A stretch of DNA of 32,000 nt. It comes from Burkholderia sp. Ax-1724 (lineage in GTDB: Bacteria; Pseudomonadota; Gammaproteobacteria; Burkholderiales; Burkholderiaceae). The notes under the pieces were generated by a model. That model searched no databases. It had not been told where the DNA came from and was given only the letters and a program-made list of their open reading frames with translations. The translations under genes and the position numbers were made by a program. Below, in pieces: positions 8,509 to 16,691 of the stretch (positions are counted from its first letter, which is position 1; every line of letters begins with the position of its first letter). The stretch spans positions 57,484 to 89,483 of the forward strand of contig NZ_VWWL01000005.1 in assembly GCF_011752995.1 (NCBI RefSeq). Direction: 5' to 3'.

Positions 8509-9491
8509 CCATGGCGCTCGATTTCGACTGGCCGTGGCTGCTGGTTCTGCTGCCGCTCGCCGTGCTGCCGTTGCTGCCGCGGCGCAGCGATACGCTCGTG
8601 TTTTCGAGCGTCGCATGGCTGCCGGTCGATCGCGTCGGACGCTGGGCCGGCCGGCTCGCGCGCGCTTGCGGCGTGCTTGCGATCGCGGCGATCGTGGTCG
8701 GGCTCGCCGGGCCGGGTCGTTCGCAGCTACAGGTGCAGCGCACCGGCAGCGGCGCGCAGATTCTGATCCTGATGGATCGCAGCGCGAGCATGGACGAGCC
8801 GATGGGCAGCAAGGGCGTCGAGTCGCCGCGCGGCGAGTCGAAGAACAAGGTGGCGCGCGCCTCGCTGACGAGCTTTATCGGGCAGCGTCCCAACGACCGG
8901 CTCGCGTTCATGATGTTCGGCACGAGCCCGATTCTCGCGATGCCGTTCACGTACAACCATCGCGTGATCGAGCAGGCGGTTGCCGCGACCGCGATCGGTC
9001 GCGGCATGCCGGATACGCAGCTCGATCGCGGCATGCTCGCGGCCATCGCCCAGTTCGAGGGCCGGCCCACCTCGGGGCGCCGCGCGATCGTGCTCGTTTC
9101 CGATGGCGGCGCACGGCTCGACGAAACCGTGCAGCGGCGCATTCGCGAGGGCCTGCAACGCAACCAGCTCGCGCTGTACTTCATCTATCTGCGCAGCAGC
9201 GTGTTCAGCCCCGATCTGAATGCGCGGCTGCCCGCCGGCGAGTCGTCGGCGGAAGCGGAGTTGCATCGCTATTTCCTTTCGCTCAAGACGCCTTACCGGC
9301 TGTTTCAGGCCGAGGACGCGAAGGGCATGATGGCGGCCATCGCCGAGATCAACCGGCAGCAGAACGCGCCGACGACGTTTATCGAACATTTGCCGAGGCA
9401 GGACTGGAGTCCGTATTGCTTCGCGGTCGCGCTGGTGTGCGTGGCGGTTCTGGTCGGGCTGCGTCTCTTTCAGGTCAGGAGCTGGGCATGA
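8505..9491 (+). CDS. von Willebrand factor A domain membrane protein (MxaC / BatA-like)
   Basis: ATG 8505-8507 overlaps TGA 8506-8508. Two N-terminal TM segments (WPWLLVLLPLAVLPLL; ACGVLAIAAIVVGLAG). MIDAS ILILMDRSASM. VLVSDGG. C-terminal TM segment. Confidence 0.75.
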   Translation: MTMALDFDWPWLLVLLPLAVLPLLPRRSDTLVFSSVAWLPVDRVGRWAGRLARACGVLAIAAIVVGLAGPGRSQLQVQRTGSGAQILILMDRSASMDEPMGSKGVESPRGESKNKVARASLTSFIGQRPNDRLAFMMFGTSPILAMPFTYNHRVIEQAVAATAIGRGMPDTQLDRGMLAAIAQFEGRPTSGRRAIVLVSDGGARLDETVQRRIREGLQRNQLALYFIYLRSSVFSPDLNARLPAGESSAEAELHRYFLSLKTPYRLFQAEDAKGMMAAIAEINRQQNAPTTFIEHLPRQDWSPYCFAVALVCVAVLVGLRLFQVRSWA

Positions 9492-10066
9492 AACGCAGAT
9501 GGATTCACGCCGCGTTCGGCACTGTCGCGATCTGCTGTGCCGCGTGGGCCGCGTATGGCGGCATGCGGCTTCGGCATGCCGGGCAGGTCGAGCAGGCGAT
9601 CGCGGCTGTGACGCAGGCGCCGGGCGTCGCGCAGGCCGCGAATGCGGGCGCGGATGGCGGCCGTGGCGGTGATGAGCCGCCGCAGGTGCAGCTCGCGCGT
9701 GCGATGGCGCTCTCGAAAGCGGGCGCCTACGACGCGGCGGGACGGCTCTACAACGGCCTGATCCACGAGGGGCGGCTCGACGGGATCGGTCTTGCGGCGC
9801 TGTTCGATCTCGGCAATATGTATCTGCGCGAAGGCAGCGGTGGCGACGGCGAGGCGCGAGCAGTCAGATCGCTGGCGATGATCGGCGAGGCGAAGGCGCG
9901 CTACCGGATGGCGCTGCGCGCCGCGCCCGACGACTGGGATGTGCGCTACAACCTCGAACGCGCGCTCTGGCTCGCACCGGAGACGCAGTCCGCGCCCACG
10001 CTGCCCGATGTGAAAGAGCAGCACAACATCAAGCTGCGCGACCCGCAGAGCCAGGATTTGCCATGA
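9488..10066 (+). CDS. TPR-like membrane-anchored protein (MxaK / BatC-like by position)
   Basis: ATG 9488-9490 overlaps TGA 9489-9491. N-terminal TM segment (AAFGTVAICCAAWAAYGG). Helical-repeat-like region (ALSKAGAYDAAGRLYNGLI ... GNMYLREG ... AKARYRMALRAAPDDWDVRYNLERAL). 192 aa. Confidence 0.6.
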   Translation: MKRRWIHAAFGTVAICCAAWAAYGGMRLRHAGQVEQAIAAVTQAPGVAQAANAGADGGRGGDEPPQVQLARAMALSKAGAYDAAGRLYNGLIHEGRLDGIGLAALFDLGNMYLREGSGGDGEARAVRSLAMIGEAKARYRMALRAAPDDWDVRYNLERALWLAPETQSAPTLPDVKEQHNIKLRDPQSQDLP

Positions 10067-11058
10067 GCGGCGCCATGCGCGAGCGCGGTTTCGCGAGACT
10101 GCGCCACGGCCTGACGCCGCTCGCGCTCGTCGCGCTGATCGCGGCGGTGGCGATGCCGGACGTGACGCTGCCGCGCGCCGCGTTCAGCTATATCGTGACG
10201 TTCGACATCACGCAGAGCATGAATGTCGAGGACGTCAGCCTGAACGGCGAACCGGTGAGCCGACTGAGGTTCGCGCAGGCCGCGATGCGCGACGCGCTCG
10301 GCCGCCTGCCGTGCGGCTCGAAGATCGGCTGGAGCGTGTTCACGGGGCAGCGCAGTTTGCTGTTGCTGCCGCCCGTCGAGGTGTGCGCGAACTATGACGC
10401 ACTGCTTGTCTCGCTCGACGGTATCGACGGGCGCATGCGCTGGACCAACTGGAGCCGTATTGCCGAAGGCGGCGTTTACTCGGCCGTGCGCGTTGCGCAG
10501 GACGTCGGCGAAAACGCGGCGATCGTCTTCGTGACCGACGGGCAGGAAGCGCCGCCCGTGTCGGCATCGCGCGCGTTGATGCCGGGTATCAATCCCGCGC
10601 GCATCCGGGGCTGGCTGATCGGCGTGGGCGGCGATCAGCCAGCGGCGATTCCGAAGAGCGACGCCGACGGCAACCGCATCGGCTACTGGCAGGCCGACGA
10701 CGTGATCCAGGTGCCGGACACGCCGGGGTCTGCCACGAACGCGCAGACGCACGAGGAGTTGTCCGAACTGCGCGGCCAGTACCTAGCGTCGGTGGCCGGG
10801 CAAACGGGCCTCGACTATCACCGGCTTTGGACCACGGCTTCGTTGGGCGATGCGCTGCTCGACCCGCGCTTCGCCCGCCGCGAACCGGTGCCGAGCGATT
10901 TGCGCTGGATTCCGGCGCTCCTCGCGTTGGTGCTGCTGGTCGTGCGGTTCGTGCCCGATGTGGCCTGGCAACGGCTGCGCGCGGGCCGTCAACGCATCGG
11001 GACGACCGTTTGGCGCTTTGGGGCGGCAGCGGGGGCGCGCAAGCCTCGGGTTGAATGA
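10063..11058 (+). CDS. von Willebrand factor A domain protein (MxaL / BatB-like)
   Basis: ATG 10063-10065 overlaps TGA 10064-10066. N-terminal TM segment. MIDAS-like IVTFDITQSM. IVFVTDGQE. C-terminal TM segment (WIPALLALVLLVVRFV). 331 aa. Confidence 0.7.
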   Translation: MSGAMRERGFARLRHGLTPLALVALIAAVAMPDVTLPRAAFSYIVTFDITQSMNVEDVSLNGEPVSRLRFAQAAMRDALGRLPCGSKIGWSVFTGQRSLLLLPPVEVCANYDALLVSLDGIDGRMRWTNWSRIAEGGVYSAVRVAQDVGENAAIVFVTDGQEAPPVSASRALMPGINPARIRGWLIGVGGDQPAAIPKSDADGNRIGYWQADDVIQVPDTPGSATNAQTHEELSELRGQYLASVAGQTGLDYHRLWTTASLGDALLDPRFARREPVPSDLRWIPALLALVLLVVRFVPDVAWQRLRAGRQRIGTTVWRFGAAAGARKPRVE

Positions 11059-11144
11059 GCACTGTGCTGCGCTGAGCTGAGTGCCGCGCTGAACGTCGCG
11101 CGCGACACCTGTCGTTCGGCATGGGTGGGACCACGCGGCCGTGC

Positions 11145-12251
11145 TTACGCAGCCTGCTTCACGCGCTGCTTCTCTTCGAGTTCGCGCACGAGCGGCAGCA
11201 CGCGCTTGCCGAAGTACTCCACTTCCTCGATGAAGTGCAGAAAGCCGGCGAGCACGAGATCGACGCCGACCGACTTCAGTTCGACGATGCGCTCGGCAAT
11301 CTGCTGCGGGGTACCGATCAGATTCGTGCGGAAGCCGTCGTTGTATTGCACGAGGTCTTCGAAAGTGGATTTGGCCCAGTTGCCTTCGCCTTCGGGCGAC
11401 GCCTTGCCGGCCTGCCGGACCGCATCGCCGAACGCATCGACCGCCTCGACGTGAGCGTGGCGGATGATGTCGTCGAGCACGGCCCGCGCTTCTTCCTCGG
11501 TATCGCGTGCAATCACGAATGCGTTTACGCCGATGCGTACCGTGTGATGGTTTTTCGCCGCCTTCGCCTGAATGTCGTTGATCTGCGCCTTGAGGTTGTC
11601 CGGCGTGTTGCCGTTCGTGAAGTACCAGTCCGACACGCTCGCGGCGTTGTCGCGCGCGGCGCGCGAACTGCCGCCCTGGAAAATCTCGGGGTGCGGCTTC
11701 TGCACCGGCTTGGGACTCAGCGTGTACTGGTTGAAGCGATAGAAGTCGCCCTTGAACGTGAAGTTGTCCTGTGTCCAGATGCCTTTGAGCGCCTCGATGA
11801 ATTCGTGCGAGCGGCGATAGCGTTCGTCGTGTTCGAGCCACGGCTCGCCGATCGCGGTGAACTCGCCCTTGAACCAGCCGCTCACGACGTTGATGCCGAT
11901 GCGGCCGTTCGAGATGTGATCGATCGTGGCGATCTGCTTGGCGACCACGGCCGGATTCCACGGACCGGGCAGGATCGCCGCCAGCACCTTGAGCTTCGTG
12001 GTCGCGTGCAGCAAGGCCTGGCTGAACGATACCGACTCGTGCTGATACTCGGCGTTGTAGCCGGCCGTGAAGCGGATCTGGCTCAGCGCGTAGTCGAAGC
12101 CGGCCCGCTCGGCGGTTTGCGCGAGCTTCTGGTTGTATTCGAGGCGCCAGTCGGTGCGCTGCTCGATCGTGCTGACGACGAGGCCGCCGCTCACGTTGGG
12201 CACCCAGTAGGCGAACTTCACGGCGTCGTCATGCGAGAGGGAATGGCTCAT
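11145..12251 (-). CDS. sfnG: FMNH2-dependent dimethylsulfone monooxygenase (LLM-class flavin oxidoreductase)
   Basis: Track ORF 11145..12407. Real start is ATG 12251 (MSHSLSHDD), with GAGG upstream. KFAYWVPNVSGGLVVSTIEQRTDW, YALSQIRF, NVVSGWFKGEFTAIGEPWLEHDERYRRSHEFI, EDLVQYNDGFRTNLIGTPQQIAERI and GFLHFIEEVEYFGKRVLPLVRELE match remembered Pseudomonas SfnG nearly block for block. Confidence 0.8.
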   Translation of the reverse strand: MSHSLSHDDAVKFAYWVPNVSGGLVVSTIEQRTDWRLEYNQKLAQTAERAGFDYALSQIRFTAGYNAEYQHESVSFSQALLHATTKLKVLAAILPGPWNPAVVAKQIATIDHISNGRIGINVVSGWFKGEFTAIGEPWLEHDERYRRSHEFIEALKGIWTQDNFTFKGDFYRFNQYTLSPKPVQKPHPEIFQGGSSRAARDNAASVSDWYFTNGNTPDNLKAQINDIQAKAAKNHHTVRIGVNAFVIARDTEEEARAVLDDIIRHAHVEAVDAFGDAVRQAGKASPEGEGNWAKSTFEDLVQYNDGFRTNLIGTPQQIAERIVELKSVGVDLVLAGFLHFIEEVEYFGKRVLPLVRELEEKQRVKQAA

Positions 12252-12741
12252 GCGAATTACCTCATGAAGTGATGGAACGGTGCGGGCGGCGCGCGGTGCG
12301 TTGTGATGGATGGGATCGGACAGGACCTGTAACGAGCCTGTCAGGAGCCGTGGGACCCGCGCCGACGATTGTTCAATGTAGCGAGCGGGCACGCCGAAGC
12401 GAACCAATAAAAGTTCAGAATCAAAGCAGGTTTGGCGCTATGGCGTGGGGCTGGGGTGAATAACGGGTGAGCAGCGGGTGAGGCTCGCGCGGCACGAGGC
12501 CGCCGCGTTGGGACGCGCGGCGCGGTTGCCGACGCTCCTGGCGGTAAAAAACGAACGCGCGCAAATGGCGCCGACGGCCCGCGACGCGTTGCAGCATCGG
12601 GTTTATCACTCCAGCAGATAACCGTATCGGATTTGCTTCGTTGGCTTTGCGTGCGCGGGCCGGTAAATTCGTCTGACTGAACGCGCCTTGGGGGCTTCGC
12701 TCCCCTGGTGTCCGCTGAACAGTTCCGACGACGAGCTTCCC

Positions 12742-13671
12742 GTGACGACTACCGCTTCCGCCGCGCGCGGCACCTTTGCTACCCCGCCGGCCGGCGCCGC
12801 CGCCCGTTTCCATGCCAGCCAGCACATCGAGATTCGCGCGTTCGACGGCCCGCTCGGCGCCGAAGTGCTCGGTCTCGATCTCGCCCAGCCGCTTGCCGCC
12901 GACGACTTCGCGCGCATTCACCGCGCGCATCTCGAACACCACGTCCTCGTGTTTCGCGAGCAACGCATCACGCCCGAGCAGCAGATCGCCTTCAGCCGCC
13001 GCTTCGGTCCGCTGCAGATTCATGTGCTGCATCAGTTCGGGTTGCCGGGCCACCCCGAGGTGCTGGTGGTGTCGAACATCGTCGAGAACGGCAAGCCGAT
13101 CGGCCTCGGCGACGCCGGTCACTACTGGCACTCCGATCTGTCGTACAAGGACAAGCCGAGCCTCGGCTCGCTGCTGCATGCGCAGGAGTTGCCCGCGGAA
13201 GGCGGCGACACGCTGTTCGCGAACATGCACCTCGCGTGGGACACGTTGCCCGCGCATCTGCGTGAGGCGGTAGAAGGGCGCGCGGCCGAACACACCTACC
13301 TCGCGAAATACGCGGAATTGCAGCAGCGCAGCCCGTGGCGGCCAAATCTGTCCGCCGAGCAGATCGCCCAGGTGAAGCCGGTCGTGCATCCGATCGTGCG
13401 CACGCATCCGGAGACGGGCCGCAAGGCGCTGTTCGTCAGCGAGCACTTCACGACGCGCGTCATCGGCATGCCCGAAGACGAGAGCGAAGCCTTGCTCGCG
13501 GAACTGTTCGCGCACAGCGTGCGCCCCGAGCATCTGTACCGGCATCGCTGGGCCGAGCACGACATGGTGTTCTGGGACAACCGCTCGCTCATGCATCTCG
13601 CGGCCGGCACGCCCGATCATCTGCGCCGCAAGCTGTATCGCACGACGATCGAGGGCGATGCGCCGTTCTGA
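12742..13671 (+). CDS. TauD/TfdA-family Fe(II)/2-oxoglutarate-dependent dioxygenase (taurine/sulfonate or sulfate-ester type)
   Basis: Track ORF 12688..13671 starts at TTG. GTG 12742 is the most downstream in-frame start. Neither has a good SD, so the start is uncertain. HxD iron motif in HYWHSDLSY. GGDTLFANM. The C-terminal WDNRSLMH is typical of TauD. Confidence 0.8.
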   Translation: MTTTASAARGTFATPPAGAAARFHASQHIEIRAFDGPLGAEVLGLDLAQPLAADDFARIHRAHLEHHVLVFREQRITPEQQIAFSRRFGPLQIHVLHQFGLPGHPEVLVVSNIVENGKPIGLGDAGHYWHSDLSYKDKPSLGSLLHAQELPAEGGDTLFANMHLAWDTLPAHLREAVEGRAAEHTYLAKYAELQQRSPWRPNLSAEQIAQVKPVVHPIVRTHPETGRKALFVSEHFTTRVIGMPEDESEALLAELFAHSVRPEHLYRHRWAEHDMVFWDNRSLMHLAAGTPDHLRRKLYRTTIEGDAPF

Positions 13672-13728
13672 GCGTCACGTCTTTCATCACCCCAACACCG
13701 ATCGCACCGCACGCCGACTGGAGTTTCA

Positions 13729-14781
13729 ATGCCGTTCCGTTTTCGTTCGACCGCCGCGCGGCCGTCGTTTGCCCGCCGTTGCACGGCGTTATTGCTGAGC
13801 CTGTCGATGGGCGCCGCGGGTTTCTCTGTGTCTGCGCCCGCGCATGCCGAAGGCCGGATTCGTGTCGCCGAGCAGTTCGGCATCGTTTATCTGCTGCTCA
13901 ACGTGGCGCGCGACCAGCAGTTCGTCGAGAAGGAAGGGCGCAAGGAAGGGCTCGACATCAAGGTCGACTGGGTCCAGCTCTCGGGCGGCTCGGCGATCAA
14001 CGACGCGCTGCTGTCGGGCGCGGTCGATATCGCCGGGGCCGGCGTCGGCCCGTTGCTGACGATCTGGGACCGCACGCGCGGCCGGCAGAACGTGAAGGGC
14101 GTCGCGTCGCTCGGCAATCTGCCGTACTACCTCGTGAGCAACAACCCCAACGTGAAGACGATTGCCGATTTCACGGAGAAGGACCGCATCGCATTGCCGG
14201 CCGTGAACGTTTCCGTGCAAGCGCGCGTGCTGCAATACGCGGCGGCCAAACGGTGGGGCGACAAGGACTACAACCGGCTCGACCCCTACACGCAGGCGTT
14301 GCCGCATCCCGACGCGGCCGCGGCGATCATCGCGGGCGGCACGGAAATCACCGGGCATTTCGGCAACCCGCCGTTTCAGGAGCAGGAACTGGCCGGCAAT
14401 CCGAAGGCGCATATCGTGCTCAATTCGTACGACGTGCTCGGCGGGCCGAGTTCGGCGACGGTGCTCTACGCCACCGAAAAATTCCGCAACGGGAATCCGA
14501 AGACGTATCGCGCGTTCGTCGCCGCGTTGGCCGACGCCGCGCAATTTATCAACGCGAATCCGCAGGCCGCGGCCGATATCTATATCCGCACGAACCAGTC
14601 GAAGATCGATCGCAATCTGCTCGTGAAGATCATCACGAATCCGCAGGTGCAGTTCAAGGTCGCGCCGCAGAACACGTTCGGGCTCGCGCAGTTCATGCAT
14701 CGCGTCGGTGTTATCAAGAACGAACCGGCTTCCTGGAAGGACTATTTCTTCGACGATCCGGCGACGGCCGCCGGAAGTTGA
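13729..14781 (+). CDS. ABC transporter periplasmic substrate-binding protein (NitT/TauT, SsuA/NMT1-like)
   Basis: 350 aa. Signal peptide ending SAPAHA|EG. GGAG 7 nt upstream of the ATG. Followed by cognate ATPase and permease genes. Confidence 0.8.
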   Translation: MPFRFRSTAARPSFARRCTALLLSLSMGAAGFSVSAPAHAEGRIRVAEQFGIVYLLLNVARDQQFVEKEGRKEGLDIKVDWVQLSGGSAINDALLSGAVDIAGAGVGPLLTIWDRTRGRQNVKGVASLGNLPYYLVSNNPNVKTIADFTEKDRIALPAVNVSVQARVLQYAAAKRWGDKDYNRLDPYTQALPHPDAAAAIIAGGTEITGHFGNPPFQEQELAGNPKAHIVLNSYDVLGGPSSATVLYATEKFRNGNPKTYRAFVAALADAAQFINANPQAAADIYIRTNQSKIDRNLLVKIITNPQVQFKVAPQNTFGLAQFMHRVGVIKNEPASWKDYFFDDPATAAGS

Positions 14782-14850
14782 ATCGAGGTTGAACATGAAA
14801 TCAGGCACGACACCGCTTATCGATCCGACGCTCTCGCAGGGGGGGCTCTG

Positions 14851-15699
14851 ATGGCGGCCAATCCTACCCTGCTGTTTCCCGAGCACGCCGCGCCGGCGAC
14901 CAGCGGCAAGCTGCTCACGGTCGAAAACGTGAGCCTCGAATACCGCACGCGCGAGCGGCTCGTGCGCGCGACCCACGACGTGAGCTTCGACGTCTACGGC
15001 GGCGACCGCTTCGTGCTGCTGGGGCCGTCCGGCTGCGGCAAGTCCACGCTGCTCAAGGCGGTGGCCGGCTTTATCGAGCCGAGCGCGGGTGCGATCACGC
15101 TCGACGGTCAACGCGTGCGCGGCCCCGGCGCCGATCGCATCGTCGTGTTCCAGGAGTTCGATCAGTTGCCGCCGTGGAAGACGGTCGCGCAGAACGTCGC
15201 GTTTCCGCTGCGCGTCGCGCGGAAGCTCTCGAAAGCCGAAGCCCACGAGCGCGCGTTGCACTATCTCGACAAGGTCGGGCTTGCCGCGTTTGCGCAGGCT
15301 TATCCGCATACGTTGTCGGGCGGCATGAAGCAGCGCGTCGCGATTGCCCGCGCGCTCGCGATGCAGCCGCGCGTGCTGCTGATGGACGAACCGTTCGCCG
15401 CGCTCGATGCGCTCACGCGCCGCAAGATGCAGGAAGAACTGCTGCGGCTGTGGGAAGAGGTGAATTTCACGCTGCTGTTCGTCACGCATTCGATCGAGGA
15501 GGCGCTCGTGGTCGGCAACCGGATTCTGTTGTTGTCGCCGCATCCGGGCCGCGTGCGTGCCGAGCTCAATAGCCATCAGTATTCGCAGGACAGCTTCGGG
15601 CGTGCCGATTTTCAGCGCAGCGTCGCGCGCATTCATCACCTGCTGTTCGAGCAAACCGAAGCGACCGAACAGAACGAGACGACGGAGATCGTGCAATGA
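14851..15699 (+). CDS. ABC transporter ATP-binding protein (NitT/TauT family)
   Basis: Walker A GPSGCGKST, Q-loop, signature LSGGMKQR, Walker B LLMDEPF, H-loop VTHS. Confidence 0.9.
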   Translation: MAANPTLLFPEHAAPATSGKLLTVENVSLEYRTRERLVRATHDVSFDVYGGDRFVLLGPSGCGKSTLLKAVAGFIEPSAGAITLDGQRVRGPGADRIVVFQEFDQLPPWKTVAQNVAFPLRVARKLSKAEAHERALHYLDKVGLAAFAQAYPHTLSGGMKQRVAIARALAMQPRVLLMDEPFAALDALTRRKMQEELLRLWEEVNFTLLFVTHSIEEALVVGNRILLLSPHPGRVRAELNSHQYSQDSFGRADFQRSVARIHHLLFEQTEATEQNETTEIVQ

Positions 15700-16583
15700 G
15701 TACGCCCGCTACGCTATGGCCGCCGGTTCGCGACGAATATGAGCGGCCGCTCGAATCGCTTGCACTGCCTGACTCGCTCGCGCCCGAAGCGCCGTTGTCG
15801 CCGGCAACGCGTCTGTTCGCGCAGGGCTGGTTGCGCAAGACGCTGATTGCGCTGGTGCTGATCGGCGCATGGGAAGTTGCCGCGCGCATCATCGACAACG
15901 ATCTGCTGCTGCCGACCTTCGGCGCGACGTTCAGCGCATTCGTGCAGGGCGTGTGGTCGGGCGAACTGCTCGTGAAGACTGCGGTGTCGCTATCCGTGCT
16001 GCTGCGCGGCTATCTGCTCGGGGCCGCGCTCGCTTTCGTGCTTACGTCGCTCGCGGTGTCGACCCGCGTGGGGCGCGATCTGCTGTCGATGCTGACCGCG
16101 ATGTTCAACCCGTTGCCGTCGATCGCCTTGCTGCCGCTCGCGTTGCTCTGGTTCGGCCTCGGCACCGGCAGCCTGCTGTTCGTGCTCGTGCATTCTGTGC
16201 TGTGGCCGCTCGCGCTCAATACGTACTCGGGCTTTCAGGCGGTGCCGGCCACGCTGCGCATGACCGGGCGCAACTATGGTTTGACGGGCATGCGCCACGT
16301 GCTGCTGATTCTGGTGCCGGCCGCCTTGCCGTCGATTCTGGCCGGCCTGCGCGTGGGCTGGGCGTTTGCGTGGCGCACGCTGATCGCGGCCGAACTCGTG
16401 TTCGGCGCCAGTTCCGGCAGCGGCGGGCTCGGCTGGTACATTTTCCAGAATCGCAACGAGTTGTACACGGATCGTGTTTTCGCGGGGCTGGCCGCCGTGA
16501 TCGTGATTGGTTTGCTGGTCGAGCATCTCGTGTTCGATACGCTCGAACGCGTGACAGTGCGGCGCTGGGGTGTGCAGCAGTAA
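15696..16583 (+). CDS. ABC transporter permease (NitT/TauT family)
   Basis: ATG 15696-15698 overlaps TGA 15697-15699. Multiple TM segments. Binding-protein-dependent permease region (RNYGLTGMRHVLLILVPAALPSILAGLRVGWAFAWRTLIAAE). Confidence 0.88.
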   Translation: MSTPATLWPPVRDEYERPLESLALPDSLAPEAPLSPATRLFAQGWLRKTLIALVLIGAWEVAARIIDNDLLLPTFGATFSAFVQGVWSGELLVKTAVSLSVLLRGYLLGAALAFVLTSLAVSTRVGRDLLSMLTAMFNPLPSIALLPLALLWFGLGTGSLLFVLVHSVLWPLALNTYSGFQAVPATLRMTGRNYGLTGMRHVLLILVPAALPSILAGLRVGWAFAWRTLIAAELVFGASSGSGGLGWYIFQNRNELYTDRVFAGLAAVIVIGLLVEHLVFDTLERVTVRRWGVQQ

Positions 16584-16691
16584 GGGGCGCGCAGGGGGGC
16601 GGTGTGTCGTGAGTGGGCCGCGCGTCGGCGGCTTATTCTGCCGTCTTATGTCGCTGTCTTAGGCCACTGCCTACTGCCTCACGCCGCTATC

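Noticed and set aside
6227-10066. Very long N-terminal extensions of track ORFs 6227.., 6817.., 7503.. and 8039..
   Set aside because: The upstream parts overlap the preceding genes in other frames and translate to Arg/Ala/Gly-rich low-complexity sequence. In each case an ATG sits exactly on the upstream stop (ATGA). At that point a plausible N-terminus begins (TM segment or signal-like).
11121-13620. 383-aa plus-strand ORF (11121..12272) and 399-aa minus-strand ORF (12421..13620)
   Set aside because: These are mirror-frame ORFs of sfnG and the TauD-like gene respectively. The sense frames carry unmistakable family motifs and these do not.
13789-15696. 635-aa ORF on the minus strand, the longest in the track
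   Set aside because: It lies entirely antisense to the well-supported substrate-binding and ABC ATPase genes. Its translation is Arg/Ala/Pro/His-rich with no motifs. This is the usual shadow ORF of high-GC DNA.
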